NCBI GenBank assembly: GCA_965153285.1
Contig: OZ229116.1
Source of the DNA: Podarcis tiliguerta
Taxonomy: Eukaryota
Length of the DNA stretch: 64,000 nt
Reading direction: 5' to 3' (one strand)
Shown: positions 24,393-36,304 of the stretch, piece after piece
How positions within the stretch are numbered: position 1 is the stretch's first letter
Layout: the number at the start of each line of letters is the position of its first letter
Program-made: the position numbers and the translations under genes
Notes under the pieces: model-generated
Database searches by the model: none
The model's input: the letters and a program-made list of their open reading frames with translations, nothing else
Told to the model about the DNA's origin: nothing

Positions 24393-26061
24393 GCTTTCGG
24401 CTTCTTGTTACTGGAACAGAGCAGGATCTCAGTGTTTGAGTTCCTATAAATACTGTTGAGGAGGTGTGGTGTATAGCCTCCAATGTTCTGGGCAGAGAGG
24501 AGGTTCCCAGGCTAGTGTGCCTTTTCTTCTTTTGTTCCTTAATTACTTGAGGGATATCTTGAGTGATTTCTTGAGTGATTTCCTGAATCCCACTTAGGTG
24601 GGTCATTAGGTGTGGATTAGTTGCTAAAGCCTTCGTGTCTTGAACTCTTGAACTTTGTGAAGAGTTTTTCTGAGAAGATGGCTGTACTGCACTTGGTTGT
24701 GCTCTGGCTTGGCTTCGTGTATAGGGGCGAGCTGTGGTTTTGTGGCCTGTGCCAGCCAGATCTGTGTAGGGATTGCAGGGGGGTGCAGCATCCGGAGGTG
24801 CCACCCTGGTTTGGCTACTGGATGGTGTCTGTAATTTATCTGTGGAGAGGGTCTGGGTTTGGGTCTGGTGTGGTTGATTGGTGATGGCGTTCTGTGTGCC
24901 TCTGGATCTGGTGTCAGATTTTGTGGGGAGGGCTAATTTCCAGATGTCTGGCAAGCGGGATGTGTCGTCACGCTTGTTCATGTTGTGAGGGTGTTTCTCT
25001 ATCTCGATGGCTTCCATGATTATTCTCTTGTGGTGATGTTCCATGTTAAAGAGCAATTTGGAATCTGCAAAATTAATTTCGTGTCCTGTTTCTTTCATGT
25101 GTTGGAAAAGAGAGGAAGTTTTTTCTTCTTTTTTGACGGCATTCTTGTGTTCTGCGATCCGTGCATTTATTCGTCTGTTTGTTTGTCCAATGTACGTGGC
25201 TGGGCAGACTTTGCAGGGTATTTCATAGACCCCTTGGTTTTCCAACTGAATTTTATCCTTGGGGTTTCTGAGGATATTGGCTATTTTTTGGTTGGTGCAA
25301 AAGGCTGTTTTGATATTGTGTTTATGGAGGATTTTGCTAATTTTATCTGTAGTGCCCTTGATATAAGGAAGGAGGGCTATGCCATTGTTTTCTTCTGTGT
25401 CTTGGTTTTTGGGGGGTGTTTCTTTTTGGATTAGCTTCGTAACCCTGTTTTGCTGGTATCCATTGGCAATTAACACATTTGAGAGATTCTGTAACTCAGT
25501 TGTCAAGTGGTCTTCGTCAGCCAGGCGTTTGGTTCTGGAGATGAGAGTCTTGGCTACGGAGTTTATTTGTGCAGGGTGGTGGTGTGATTGTGCATGTAAG
25601 TAGCGGTTGGTGTGTGTTTTTTTCCGGTAGATAGTGTGTCCTAGGGAGCCATCAGGTTTTTTGTAGATTAGGACGTCAAGGAAGGGAAGTTGGTTGTTGG
25701 CTTCTATTTCCATAGTGAATTGTATTTTGGGGTGTAGGCTGTTGAGATGTGTGAGGAAGCTATCCAGTTTTTCCTTCCCGTGTGGCCAAATTACAAAGGT
25801 GTCGTCAACATATCTGAGCCAAAGTTTGGGTTTGTGTTCTGACTTGTCTAAAGCATTGGTTTCAAAGTGTTCCATGTACAGGTTAGCGATGACCGGTGAG
25901 AGGGGTGATCCCATAGGTGCTCCTTCTATCTGTTTGTATCTTTGTCCATTGTGGATGAAGTACGTGTTGGTTAGGCAGTGGTTGGTCAGGTCCAAGATGT
26001 ATTCGGGGGGATTGTATTTGTTTTGAATGGCTGTCAAGGCTTCATTAATGGGCACTTGTGT
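24370..26061 (-). CDS. Penelope-type reverse transcriptase (C-terminal part) plus GIY-YIG endonuclease; N-terminally truncated, uninterrupted frame
   Basis: Motifs GAPMGSPLSP, WLRYVDDTF, LPFLDV, YRKKTHTNRYL, GVYEIPCKVCPATYIGQT, RIAEH and MEAIEI. The first ~24 residues in the ORF track come from the inverted pLTR copy and are not native. Confidence 0.92.
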   Translation of the reverse strand, partial: TQVPINEALTAIQNKYNPPEYILDLTNHCLTNTYFIHNGQRYKQIEGAPMGSPLSPVIANLYMEHFETNALDKSEHKPKLWLRYVDDTFVIWPHGKEKLDSFLTHLNSLHPKIQFTMEIEANNQLPFLDVLIYKKPDGSLGHTIYRKKTHTNRYLHAQSHHHPAQINSVAKTLISRTKRLADEDHLTTELQNLSNVLIANGYQQNRVTKLIQKETPPKNQDTEENNGIALLPYIKGTTDKISKILHKHNIKTAFCTNQKIANILRNPKDKIQLENQGVYEIPCKVCPATYIGQTNRRINARIAEHKNAVKKEEKTSSLFQHMKETGHEINFADSKLLFNMEHHHKRIIMEAIEIEKHPHNMNKRDDTSRLPDIWKLALPTKSDTRSRGTQNAITNQPHQTQTQTLSTDKLQTPSSSQTRVAPPDAAPPCNPYTDLAGTGHKTTARPYTRSQARAQPSAVQPSSQKNSSQSSRVQDTKALATNPHLMTHLSGIQEITQEITQDIPQVIKEQKKKRHTSLGTSSLPRTLEAIHHTSSTVFIGTQTLRSCSVPVTRSRKHQPEDDE

Positions 26062-26078
26062 GTCGAAAAGCCGAAAGC

Positions 26079-26126
26079 ACCAGCCTGAAGATGACGAGTG
26101 AGACCTCGTCGAAACGTCGCCTAGAC
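26079..26126 (+). ncRNA. Second (inverted) copy of the hammerhead motif
   Basis: CTGAAGA 26085-26091, stem II 26093-26098/26105-26110, GAAA 26111-26114, CGTC 26115-26118. Confidence 0.7.
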
Positions 26127-26168
26127 ACCCCAACTTTTACACGGGAAGACACCCGAGGACACCAAAAC

Positions 26169-26206
<38 letters not shown>

Positions 26207-26239
26207 GTCAAGCTGAAGCATATCTTATCATGGACAGAT

Positions 26240-26323
26240 CATAGCTGTCAACTTTTCTTGCGAGGAATCCTATTCGGAATAAGGGAATTTCCCCTTTAAA
26301 AAAGGGAAACGTTGACAGCTATG
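26240..26323. mobile_element. 84-bp hAT-type mini-MITE
   Basis: Perfect 13-bp TIR CATAGCTGTCAAC / GTTGACAGCTATG. Perfect 8-bp TSD GGACAGAT (26232-26239, 26324-26331). Confidence 0.92.
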
Positions 26324-26892
26324 GGACAGATTGATCTTTGTCATCTAACTTTATTAACATTTGGACAACTCCCAGCACCAAAGAACTTAACATAGGCAAT
26401 ATACCGAAAACACATTGCAAGGGGGAAATGTAGATCTGCTATAGGCATACATGAACACTTTCTCTTAATGCTAACTGCATTATCCCCCATCCCCAACCCT
26501 ATCCTCACTTCTCCCATTGTGGTATATTTTTTATTGCTCATCTTTATTGCATTTTATATGAAACGTATTATTAAACTCATCCTACAAATGGCATGGACTG
26601 AAGCTGTGTGATGCTGAGGGCTGATACTGTATAAACATTGAGTGGTACAGGCAAATTAGTAGACTTACTCAGTTATAGTGAAAGAGTAAGTAAAATTTGC
26701 ATGTGGTTCTTAGGAAGAGAGAAAGTACATTTTGATTATGGCAAAATTTGCAGAGGTAAAGGGTGGGTGAAGATTTTTTAAATATATAAAGTGCTGCTTT
26801 GGCTGCTGTATTTATATTAGTACACTGGCTGATATGCAACTAAGTTTTACTCAGACTAGACTAGACCCATTAAAATTAATGGATCTGATTTA

Positions 26893-27323
26893 GGGAGCAA
26901 TCCTATACACAAGAAGCTGGCATAAATTAAGACGGCATAAAGTTACACCAGATCCAAACCCCACTAAGGAGCAAACATACTGCCTGCTGAGAAGCCCAAA
27001 CCTGTCAAAGGGGAAACAAATCTTGAAAATAGAGTTAGGCTTACACTACCACTTTTTCCAGATCACATGACTAAGTTGAACTGAGTTAGGATCCAGCTTC
27101 AGTTCCCCCTGCCCGGGTCCAGTCCCTGCCACGTCTCTAGAATGGCCCTTTTCAGTGAATTAGACTGCCCTCTGAACTCTGCCTCAGCACGTTAGACCAG
27201 CATATCTTTGGCTAAGTCAGAGTTGGGAACTTAATGCCTGAAGGCCAGGAACCAGAACCCTCCAGAGGTCCATTACGATCCTAAGCCACTCATCCTGGCA
27301 GAGCTTGCCATAGGACTGCCCCC
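26893..27323 (+). mobile_element. Non-autonomous PIF/Harbinger-like DNA transposon
   Basis: Imperfect TIR GGGAGCAATCCTAT / ATAGGACTGCCCCC with TTA on both sides. Related copies at 14391 and ~60041 (reverse, partial). Confidence 0.7.
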
Positions 27324-28171
27324 TTAGTCACAGTTCAATGACTCTACTCTGAATTAAATATAGTCAAATACCACCCTTGTCTTTCTTCTTAAAGTTTTGT
27401 TTTTCTACATTATTTTAAGATCATGAGTTCTGAGATATTCAGTTATTAGCCAATGGTCTTGTTGTAAATGGTCTTGAGGCCTCTTTGAAGGCATGCAGAA
27501 AGTAAATAAATGACCAAAATAGATTTGTGATCCTTCAGGGAAGGCTTCAATGTACTGTTCAAGGATAAAATGGAAAATATACTCTGGTTGTGCTTCTGAG
27601 TCTAAACAAGACTCCATCTTTTAAACTATTACTCTCTGTTTAACTTTCCTCTTTAACTAACCAGCATTTGGAAGCAGCTTGAAATGCAAACTGAAGAACG
27701 GAACAAAGGTCTCTTCCAGAGATGACCTGTATATTGAGCCTTTATCCTGATTATATGAGGTTTATGGGGAGCTTATACATGTATTCTGATTTGCTTACAG
27801 GCTGATTATACATTAAAAATAAATTTAAAAATCTCACACTTCAGTGCATTTCCCCATCATTTTCCTTACTGCAAAAGGACTGAAAGGGGGGGGGAGAAAG
27901 TTTTTAGCACAAGGGTGCCAAATCCAGTTAAATTGCACAATCTGAATTAGCCAGTTTGCAACTGAATCCTACTTGCACAAGAGCAACACTTTGGAAGTGG
28001 TCAATGGTGCCTTTGTAAAAAGGGCGCTAAGGGAAAACTGCAATAGCAGTTGTGTGTGATGCTCCACTTCCTAGTTAGTGAAAACTCTGCCTGCTATCCC
28101 CTGAAAATGCTATCCACATATTTACCTGCACATTTTCAAAGTCTGTTCTGTAAGTAACCATGAGACCCTAG

Positions 28172-28427
28172 AAGAAGAAGAGGAGAAGGAGTTTGGATTT
28201 GATATCCCACTTTATCACTACCCTAAGGAGTCTCAAAGCAGCTGACAATCTCCTTTCCCTTCCTTCTCCACAACAAACACTCTGTGAGGTGAGTGGGGCT
28301 GAGAGACTTCAAAGAAGTGTGACTAGCCCAAGATCACCCAGCAGCTGCATGTGGAGGAGCGGGGATGCGAACCCGGTTCACCAGATTACGAGTCTACCGC
28401 TCTTAACCACTACATCACGCTGGCTCT
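28172..28427 (-). mobile_element. Squam3-like tRNA/CORE SINE
   Basis: Near-identical to 8082-8330. Short TSD CCCTAG flanks it. Confidence 0.88.
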
Positions 28428-31400
28428 CCCTAGGAGTGCGCATTTATTTAAGACAAGGCATGAGATTCCTAGAATGCCAATTGGGCACCAGTTTTTTAGT
28501 ATGAGACGAAATGGAGATTTGGCTCAAGGATGGTCTACTGTTAATAGTTCTCACTATTACATATAATAAAAGTGAATCAAACACATTATACCAACCCAAT
28601 ACCACATTAAAATAAATTTAGCTACAGGACAAAACAACTTCAAGTAACTTTATAGCATCAACTAACAGAACACAGGAAGGAGACTCCCATAATCCAGATT
28701 GGACCATCGGTCAATCTAGCTCAGCACAAGTCTTCACCAAAGAGATGTGCATTGAGTATGCAAAGCCTTTAAAATAGCAATTCTTCCATTATTATGCATA
28801 GCAGGTCTATGAAATGGGATGGGCTTGTTTCAGTCAGACAAGCCAGGAGAGGACAAACATGAAAATGGACTATTTCAAAGTAGGGGTAGCAGACATTTTC
28901 CTTCTCATGTGATGTAATTTAAGTGGTCAAATGCAAAACTAGGACAGCAGAGACCAATGTTCAAATTTCCGTTCAGCAAAGGATGCTTCAGGAATTCATT
29001 CATTCCTAATTCCACTGTGAACTGACTTGAAAGTTTTGAGAGAAAATACATTTTTTAAAAAATGTAAGCACATGTTTGCATGCAAATTTCCTAGCTGACT
29101 TTTTTGGCAGATTAATTTAGAAATTTTGATGCAACAGCCTTATGAGTGAACATCACATTAAGTGGATATAGACTGATTTATCCACCCCTAAACTCAGTCA
29201 CGAACAGCAAAAGCCTCATCAAACTGCTCTGAGAATAAAGGGGTGGAGGGGAAACGATGCATGGCACCTTGAGATGATGAGGAGGAAGATGATGATTTAG
29301 AGGAGGGAAATGTGCACTGCTCTTTGATCATGAAAATGTATTCTCATTTCTTCCAGTATCAAAGCAGGCTATGTTACAACTCTTTGAACAGAATGCATAC
29401 AAAGCAGAGACAATTATCAATGGAAGTCTTTATTGCATGCTCTTTCCAGATGATGAAAGCAGCAAAGCAACAAAGCCTTTAAATGGAGATATATCTGAAT
29501 GTGAATGCAATTAAGCAATATTAGTTATTCTTCCCTCCCTGCCTTCCAGAAGGAATATATAAACCCTTTTTTTTCTGGATAGCATTTGCCAGTGGTTGTT
29601 TTATACACTGTTATGGTTTTATTTCTTTATCATGTTGTTAGTGTAAATGAATTTTGTTTGTATAATTCAAATTGCTTGGGACATTTCTTACGTTTTATGT
29701 AAGCCACTTTGTGTGTAGCAGAAGCAACAGATAATTGGTTTAAATTAATAAGCAAATGTTTGAGTACTTGCCTAATCATTCCCACACTGCCTAATTTTGC
29801 TTGCCTACTAACTAATCTGCAGGCATTTTTATCTTGTGTATTTATGTTGTGAACAGCTCTGAGAGCTACGGATGAAGGGTGGTATACAAATTTAATAAAT
29901 TAATTAATTTTAAAAATGATGTATTAAAACAGGTTGTTTACATCTGGGAGCAGATGAAGGCGTACGGTTGTGCTGCTGCAGATGCACCATGGCCTTTCTT
30001 CTCTCTGGTATAAGATTTTATTAAATAAATTAAGTATGAATGTAGGTAGTTTACTTTGTTTGTTGTTTGTTTGTTTGTTTGTTTGTTACAGAAGAGGGGC
30101 TCCCCCCTCCACACACACACACTTCTATTGCCAACTGTGTCTACACACCAACACTTCTGCCAATACCATTCCTTCACCCCTGGTCAACCCCTCCTTCTTT
30201 TACATCTTTTCTCTCTTTACTCCTCACCCAACCCTCAACTATCTCCACAGCACTCCCAGGCCTCCCCACCTCCCACAGCTTGCCCTTCTCCTTCCCCTTC
30301 CCCTCACATCCCACCCCTCTCATTTCTCTCACAGAAGGCCCCAACTCCCAACTCCTTCTAAAGGTGAGAGGCACTTCAGAGAGCAGTTTGGCAAATCACT
30401 CTCTGAAGCGTCTCATCGCCTCCATTAAACCTTGCTGCTGCCACCTTTAATGCAGAGGGGAGGCACTTCAGAAAGAGGTTTGTCCTCCCTGCTTCATTAC
30501 AGGTCACCTGGGCTGCCTGTCACCCATTCTGCTTGCTCACTCACCTGTCTGCCTCTCTCCCATTCTGTAAGCATGCTGGAATTGGCATTATTGAACTCCA
30601 GCCTGACAACAGCTTTACTTTTTATGTATATAGGAAGAAGGAAAGGGGCTGCATAAGAATCTAGATCAGATTTGGGGAAAACTGTGGTGCTCAAGATATT
30701 AATAGACCCCAGATTCCATCAGGCCCTTTCACCATGGCCAGTGATAAGGAATATTGGGAATTGTAGTCCAGTAACATCTGGAGAGACACAGATACCCTGC
30801 TTTTCACAAGCTAAATCAAAGCAAATTATTGACAGTTCCAACAAGATAGAAATTCCACCTAAGATGAAATTTTGTGGGAAAGCATGAATGAGATCAAAAT
30901 GAGTTTCAGTAAGTAAGTTTTTTTTTTTTAAAAAAAAAAAAGTTTTAAAATATAACAAAAACAGAGGTATCCACCCATTCTTAAGTTGTTAAAAAGGTTT
31001 GTCTCAAGGAAATATTACGGGAAATTTGGAGGTTCCAACTCCTGTGAAATCTGTGTGACATACTGAAGAAGAAAGATGTTTAATAGTTTAGCAGCTTTTC
31101 AGGAGAGTTTCCCATATCCTAATGTGGGGGGGGGGGTACGTATATGGTAAATATGATGTGGCAATATTAGAAGTCCTTTCTGGCCTTTGCCTCTTTCAAG
31201 CTAGGTCAAAGCAAAATTATGTATCCCCAGCATTTCCATTTGTCCTACTGACTCGTCACCACACGCAAAAATGATAACATTTTATAATTTAAGATTAATC
31301 AATAATAACAAGAATAATACTAAAGTTTCCCTTCAATGATAGGTCAACACTGTATAACAAAACTGAAATCTCACCTAATTACTTCATTAGCATATCTGCC

Positions 31401-33986
31401 TCAGCTTTTGAAGTACTTTGACAACAAATGGGCAACAAGTTCTGAAATTTCATCCATAACTTCGCTACTGAAAGTTATTTCTAAAAGCATAGTTAAAAGG
31501 ACACAAGACTGCAGAATTGTCAAATTAACTGTTTTGTTTTGTTTTTTAAAGAAAATGTTTTTTTTAAAAAAATCACATACAGAGTGACAGAAAAATTTCC
31601 GGCCATGACAATCTCTACATTAGTCAGCATACAATTTTATGTGTTTCCAAGCAATAGAGGCTTGTGGGAAACCTCAACTTCCTAGAGCAGTGGTTCCCAA
31701 TTAGGAGTTCAATGAGCAATGGAGGGTAAATCCAGTTGTTGGGTCCTGTACTCCCTACAATGTAGAGATAGCTTTGAACTAGAAACATTTCTGAAAGTAA
31801 ACATTTCCAACATTTCCATTGTATTTCATTTTTTATTTGAAAAAAACCTGATTCACTGTAGACTCATTAAGTTCTATTTAAGTGTCACAACTGATTACTC
31901 TTCTGCTAGGACTTCTTCCTTTTTCTTCTAAGTATGATAATAATCCAGAATGTTCCTTGGGGGCTAGTTACAGGCAATTGCAATTATTTTCCTGAGCTTT
32001 GTGTAGAAATGACAACTCTGCACACCCATTAGTTTATATATCTGTATATAAGCCATTAAGGTAGCAATTTAAAATGTTTTCCAGTCTAACCCAGGTTTTA
32101 TGCATTTGGCTTTTCTCCTGGGTTTGTACAAAAACAGCGTGCGACAACAAGTCAGAGAACATATTTTCTCAGTGTGCCAACATTGTATTTTTTGGTACCA
32201 TTCTGCGCCCTGCTGCTTTGATGCATTCATCTCATACATTCAAATGAATAATTAAGTGAAATGGAATGTGTGGTCCTCGAAGGCCAGGAGCTTATATTAG
32301 ACACCCTGCTTGCAGATGACTCACATCAACAGGAAAAGAAGAGGGGGAAGCTGGTGGTCAGGCAAAAAAAGGATGTAATAAATGCATCCCAGTTAAAGGC
32401 TGGAAAACACATTGCAAGATATTAAAGCAAGAATAAAGGAAACCATCAACAGTGAGACCTGCTGGAGTGCAAGGCAGCTGAGCAAGAATGTCAAGTTTTG
32501 CTGCCAGGCCTGGAGATATCTAATGGGGTATTTGTGTCATGGCAGCTTCACCAAACTGCTAACGTTCTTTTGACATCAGAGAGCTTTCTAAGTCTTCGGC
32601 AGATCTGAAAATAAGTTGCCTCTTCACTTTTTCAGCCAATAATATGCTTCAGCAACAACAAGTTGCAAACAAAGGGGGGAAGCAACCATCACTCACAGAA
32701 TACCCACGTATTCAGCATATAAGAATAAATATTAGATAAAACTTTTTTTATAACCGTAGGTTTTTCTTTTGCATGCTGTGTGTGTGCCAGACAGAGAAAC
32801 CCACCCCACGACCTGATACAGAGATCGGGGGCACAGAGTGGAGGTTCTTTTGCCTACTGGTATGTTGAATATTGTTTTTGTTTTTTCCTTGTTATATGAA
32901 TTTTTATATGGCAGCACAGATGTAGACTGCGCAGTACAAAGATGCTACCGTATATAGCAAACTCTGAAGAAGCCATTTAATGAAGTGCAATTAGATGCCA
33001 CATTAAAGGTGCATTTGTTCAACCCTTTTGTTAAACGTTGACAGGAGTGGGCAGTGGGGAAGAGTCTCACAATGCTTCAGAAGGACATAATTACAAAATT
33101 TTCTGTGACTCAGTCTCAAAAGAACTTGAAACAAAATGAGTAACCTGATGATTCACATTCGTAATGGCAAGGGAATTACAAGAGAGAAAACACTGGTGAA
33201 GCACTACAACCTTTCTGCCCTTTGAAAATAAGCAGAGAACTTTAAAAATCAATATAGCATTTTACAGGGACCTGCAGCAAAAGGATTTTGAATGGGAGCC
33301 ATGTCAGGAAATAGCCACGATACAAGTTAAGTATTAGAAAGACTCAGCTACCAAAGGGGAAAAGCAGTCTTCCTAGAAATAACAAGCTAAACAGGAATAG
33401 CAGAAGATATAACAGCATGAACAACTGACCTTGGGGAAAGAATGAATAAAAGGCATTAGTAATCATTGTAAGTTTGTATCCTATCAACCTGTAGTAGAAA
33501 AATAACCTGTAGTAGAGACCACTTAACCATGCAGACTATGCAGTGGTCCATTAAGACAACTGGCTACTCCTGAAATATATAAAGAGACATGAATGTGATC
33601 ATATGCATAGTTACTGAATAAATTAGTGAGGCTGGATTTGATAAAACTGAGAGTGAATTCAAACAAGACAGGCTCTGGGGGTTTATGATTCTTTGCTTTG
33701 TACAACCTTCCCCCTGAAGGAGCAGGGGTATAGTTTGGGGATACCTTTTGATCCATCTTCATCATGTGGCCTCAGTGACTTAGGCTGCCTTTGATCATAG
33801 CACACAATCAGAAGCTTTGACTATTCCTGGAGAGAAATAGCCATGGTACAAAGTGTCTTATTTTTAAAAAAGGCACCAATGGCTCATCTATACACCAGAG
33901 TCCTCTTGGTAATCAAGTTCCGAGCCATGTAGTCCTGTTATTCTGTGATCTGGCAAATAAATTATTTCATTTTCATTTCTAAAATA

Positions 33987-33988
<2 letters not shown>

Positions 33989-34022
<34 letters not shown>
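33989..34022. repeat. (GT)n microsatellite
   Basis: Directly visible. Confidence 0.95.
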
Positions 34023-34024
<2 letters not shown>

Positions 34025-34891
34025 CACTTCCTCTATATAACACAACAACAAAAATTATATTTGACTAACAAACTGTCCTCACTCCAGGGGTGTAAGAATT
34101 GTTTTGGTCATCCTGACTCTGGTTCCTGTTAACTGCAATGGGAAAAAACATTGCCATGGCAACAAAACCTCTTAAGATGTACACTTCCCGAACTCCTTAT
34201 TTAGATTTTCACTCCATATTTGTTCTTTGTCCAAAACTATTTCATGTAGGAGGCAATGAGAGAACTCCACTCCCCCTGTAATACATGTCAACAATTTTTT
34301 CTAAACTTAGAAGGCTAACCTTTCTTCTCAAATGTAATTATTTCTCTTCTGGAAGATGCAGTATGTGACAGCCAATCCTCCTTTTTTATTCTAAATGTCT
34401 GGCAAAACTGTTATATAGTACACAAAGTCCATGGAGCATGTTCGCCTTTTGTTGGACCTTCTATAAACATCTTGTTTGCTGTCACCATTAGGCTAAAAGC
34501 CAAATGAAAACAGCAATGACTGCAGTATCCTGCGATATTGGAAAGTCACATTTCTACAGGCAGTCATCAACTTTGTATCTGCAGAAACACACTCTCTCTT
34601 TTTTTTTAACATGTCTTGTGATCTGGGGAGTTTACAGCTTCCCAAATCAGAAAGAAAACATCCTTACCAGAAAAATAGGGTTGAATGAAATATACCTCTG
34701 ATGGAATGGTCTCTCCACATCACATAGGGTTGAGCATGTGCCACTGTGCACAGGGATCTATGTACACTTGTCTAACAAATGGTTTGTATCACCATTCCTG
34801 GATGTACCATTCCTGGATGTTGCTGAATCCACCATTGCTGGATGTAGAGAAGCTAGGGCTAGAATTCAGTCACTGAAATCCCAACTTACAA

Positions 34892-35003
34892 CAGTGGACC
34901 TTTCACCTTCCAGGTGTTGCTGAACTCCCATCATACCCAGGAAGCATGGCCAATGGCCAGGGATGATGGGAATAGTAATTCAACAACATATGTAAGGCCA
35001 AAC
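34892..35003. mobile_element. Palindromic hAT-type MITE, degraded
   Basis: CCTTCCAGGTGTTGCTGAACTCCCATCAT...GGGATGATGGGAATAGTAATTCAACAACAT. Confidence 0.65.
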
Positions 35004-35077
35004 ACATCCGATGTGTTACATATTGTGTTACATGTGTGGTTTCTAATAGGTCAAGAGTAGCCAATGTGGTGGGATGG

Positions 35078-35335
35078 TTGTTCGGTCCCAGCGCCTGCCA
35101 ACCTAGCAGTTCGAAAGCACCCCCGGGTGCAAGTAGATAAATAGGGACCGCTTACCAGTGGGAAGGTAAACAGCGTTCCGTGTGCTGCGCTGGCTCGCCA
35201 GATGCAGCTTGTCACGCTGGCCACGTGACCCGGAAGTGTCTGCTGACAGCGCTGGCTCCCGGCCTATAGAGTGAGATGAGCACACAACCCTAGAGTCTGG
35301 CAAGACTGGCCCGTACGGGCAGGGGTACCTTTACC
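35078..35335 (+). mobile_element. Sauria SINE, 5'-truncated, nested in a MITE
   Basis: Body nearly identical to 21468-21729. 14-bp TSD TAGCCAATGTGGTG at 35058-35071 and 35336-35349. Confidence 0.93.
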
Positions 35336-36304
35336 TAGCCAATGTGGTGCCTTCTAAATATTGTTGGACTCCAACTCCCATCAGCCCCATCCAGCATGGC
35401 CAATGGTAAGTGAGGATGGAAGTGGCTACATTGGAAACAGCCGCAATAAAGTAAAGAAAAAAGGAATGGAATGGAGGAATGCTGTGTGTGGACTACCTTT
35501 GCTGATACTTCATACAGCATCACTTCAACAGAGATCTCATGAAAACAGCAAATGCAGGTACTGGACTGCCAAGGACTCATACTAGGTCTTTAATGTGTGA
35601 CTGGCCATTCCAGTAAAAAATTCCTTGAAGATTACACCCATCAACTTTGTTTCCCCCCTTTGGAGCAACAGTTCAGTTTTAGGAACAATGGTTAGATAAA
35701 TGGATAAATTGGTTGGATGCGCCTTGAAAGAGTTAATGCAAATCTAGTCATTTGATAGTTTGCTTACTTCATGGTAAACAAACACTATTTCCCGCTGCCC
35801 CCCCCCCCTAATTGCAAAACACCATCCCTCAAATAGCTCACAATTATTAAATATGGTTCTCTGTCATTAGCAGTAATAAAACCAAACCTTCAACATTTAA
35901 TTACAATTTGCTTCGGTGGCTAATTACTAATGTTACAGTTATAAATTGTTAAGTACTGGAAATATGCTATCTTTATAAAAGAGAGATCTGCAGCCCAGCC
36001 CAATCTGTTTTAACTCTGCAGGATGTCCCAATGTGCTCAGTGGGATCCATTTCTTATTAAGTGTGCTCAGGGTGGCAGCCTGGGGAGGGGGGGAGATGAA
36101 AACATACTGTCTGTTTCTGGAACTTATGCACACCTAGTCCATGCTGTTTCAGAAGATGTTGTTTGCATGTATTCTCATTTAGCATAACCCCACCCCACAA
36201 AATAAATTTGCTGAAAGTTTCATAGTAGTCCTAAGAGAGATTGGCAGTGCTCTCTATGCCAACGTAAGAACTTCATTTGCATTCAGCATCCATCTAGTCC
36301 AACA

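Larger units (their letters stand above)
24267..26174 (-). mobile_element. Penelope-like retroelement, 5'-truncated, with inverted pLTR
   Basis: RT plus GIY-YIG ORF. Perfect 107-bp inverted repeat 24297-24403 / 26068-26174. (TA)n on both sides. Confidence 0.95.

Noticed and set aside
24621-26026. Plus-strand ORFs overlapping the Penelope ORF
   Set aside because: Antisense shadows of a coding frame with no recognisable motifs.
26062-26133. N-terminus MGCLGDVSTRSHSSSSGWCFRLFD of the 587-aa ORF
   Set aside because: Derived from the inverted pLTR copy with a TTG start. It is a fortuitous in-frame fusion, and the true RT N-terminus is missing.
29938-30694. Cluster of 65-152-aa ORFs
   Set aside because: Produced by pyrimidine-rich low-complexity sequence and a (TTTG)n repeat; no domain signal.
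34790-34845. Three copies of ACCATT(C/G)CTGGATGT as a CRISPR-like array
   Set aside because: Simple local duplication in eukaryotic DNA with no regular unique spacers or cas genes.
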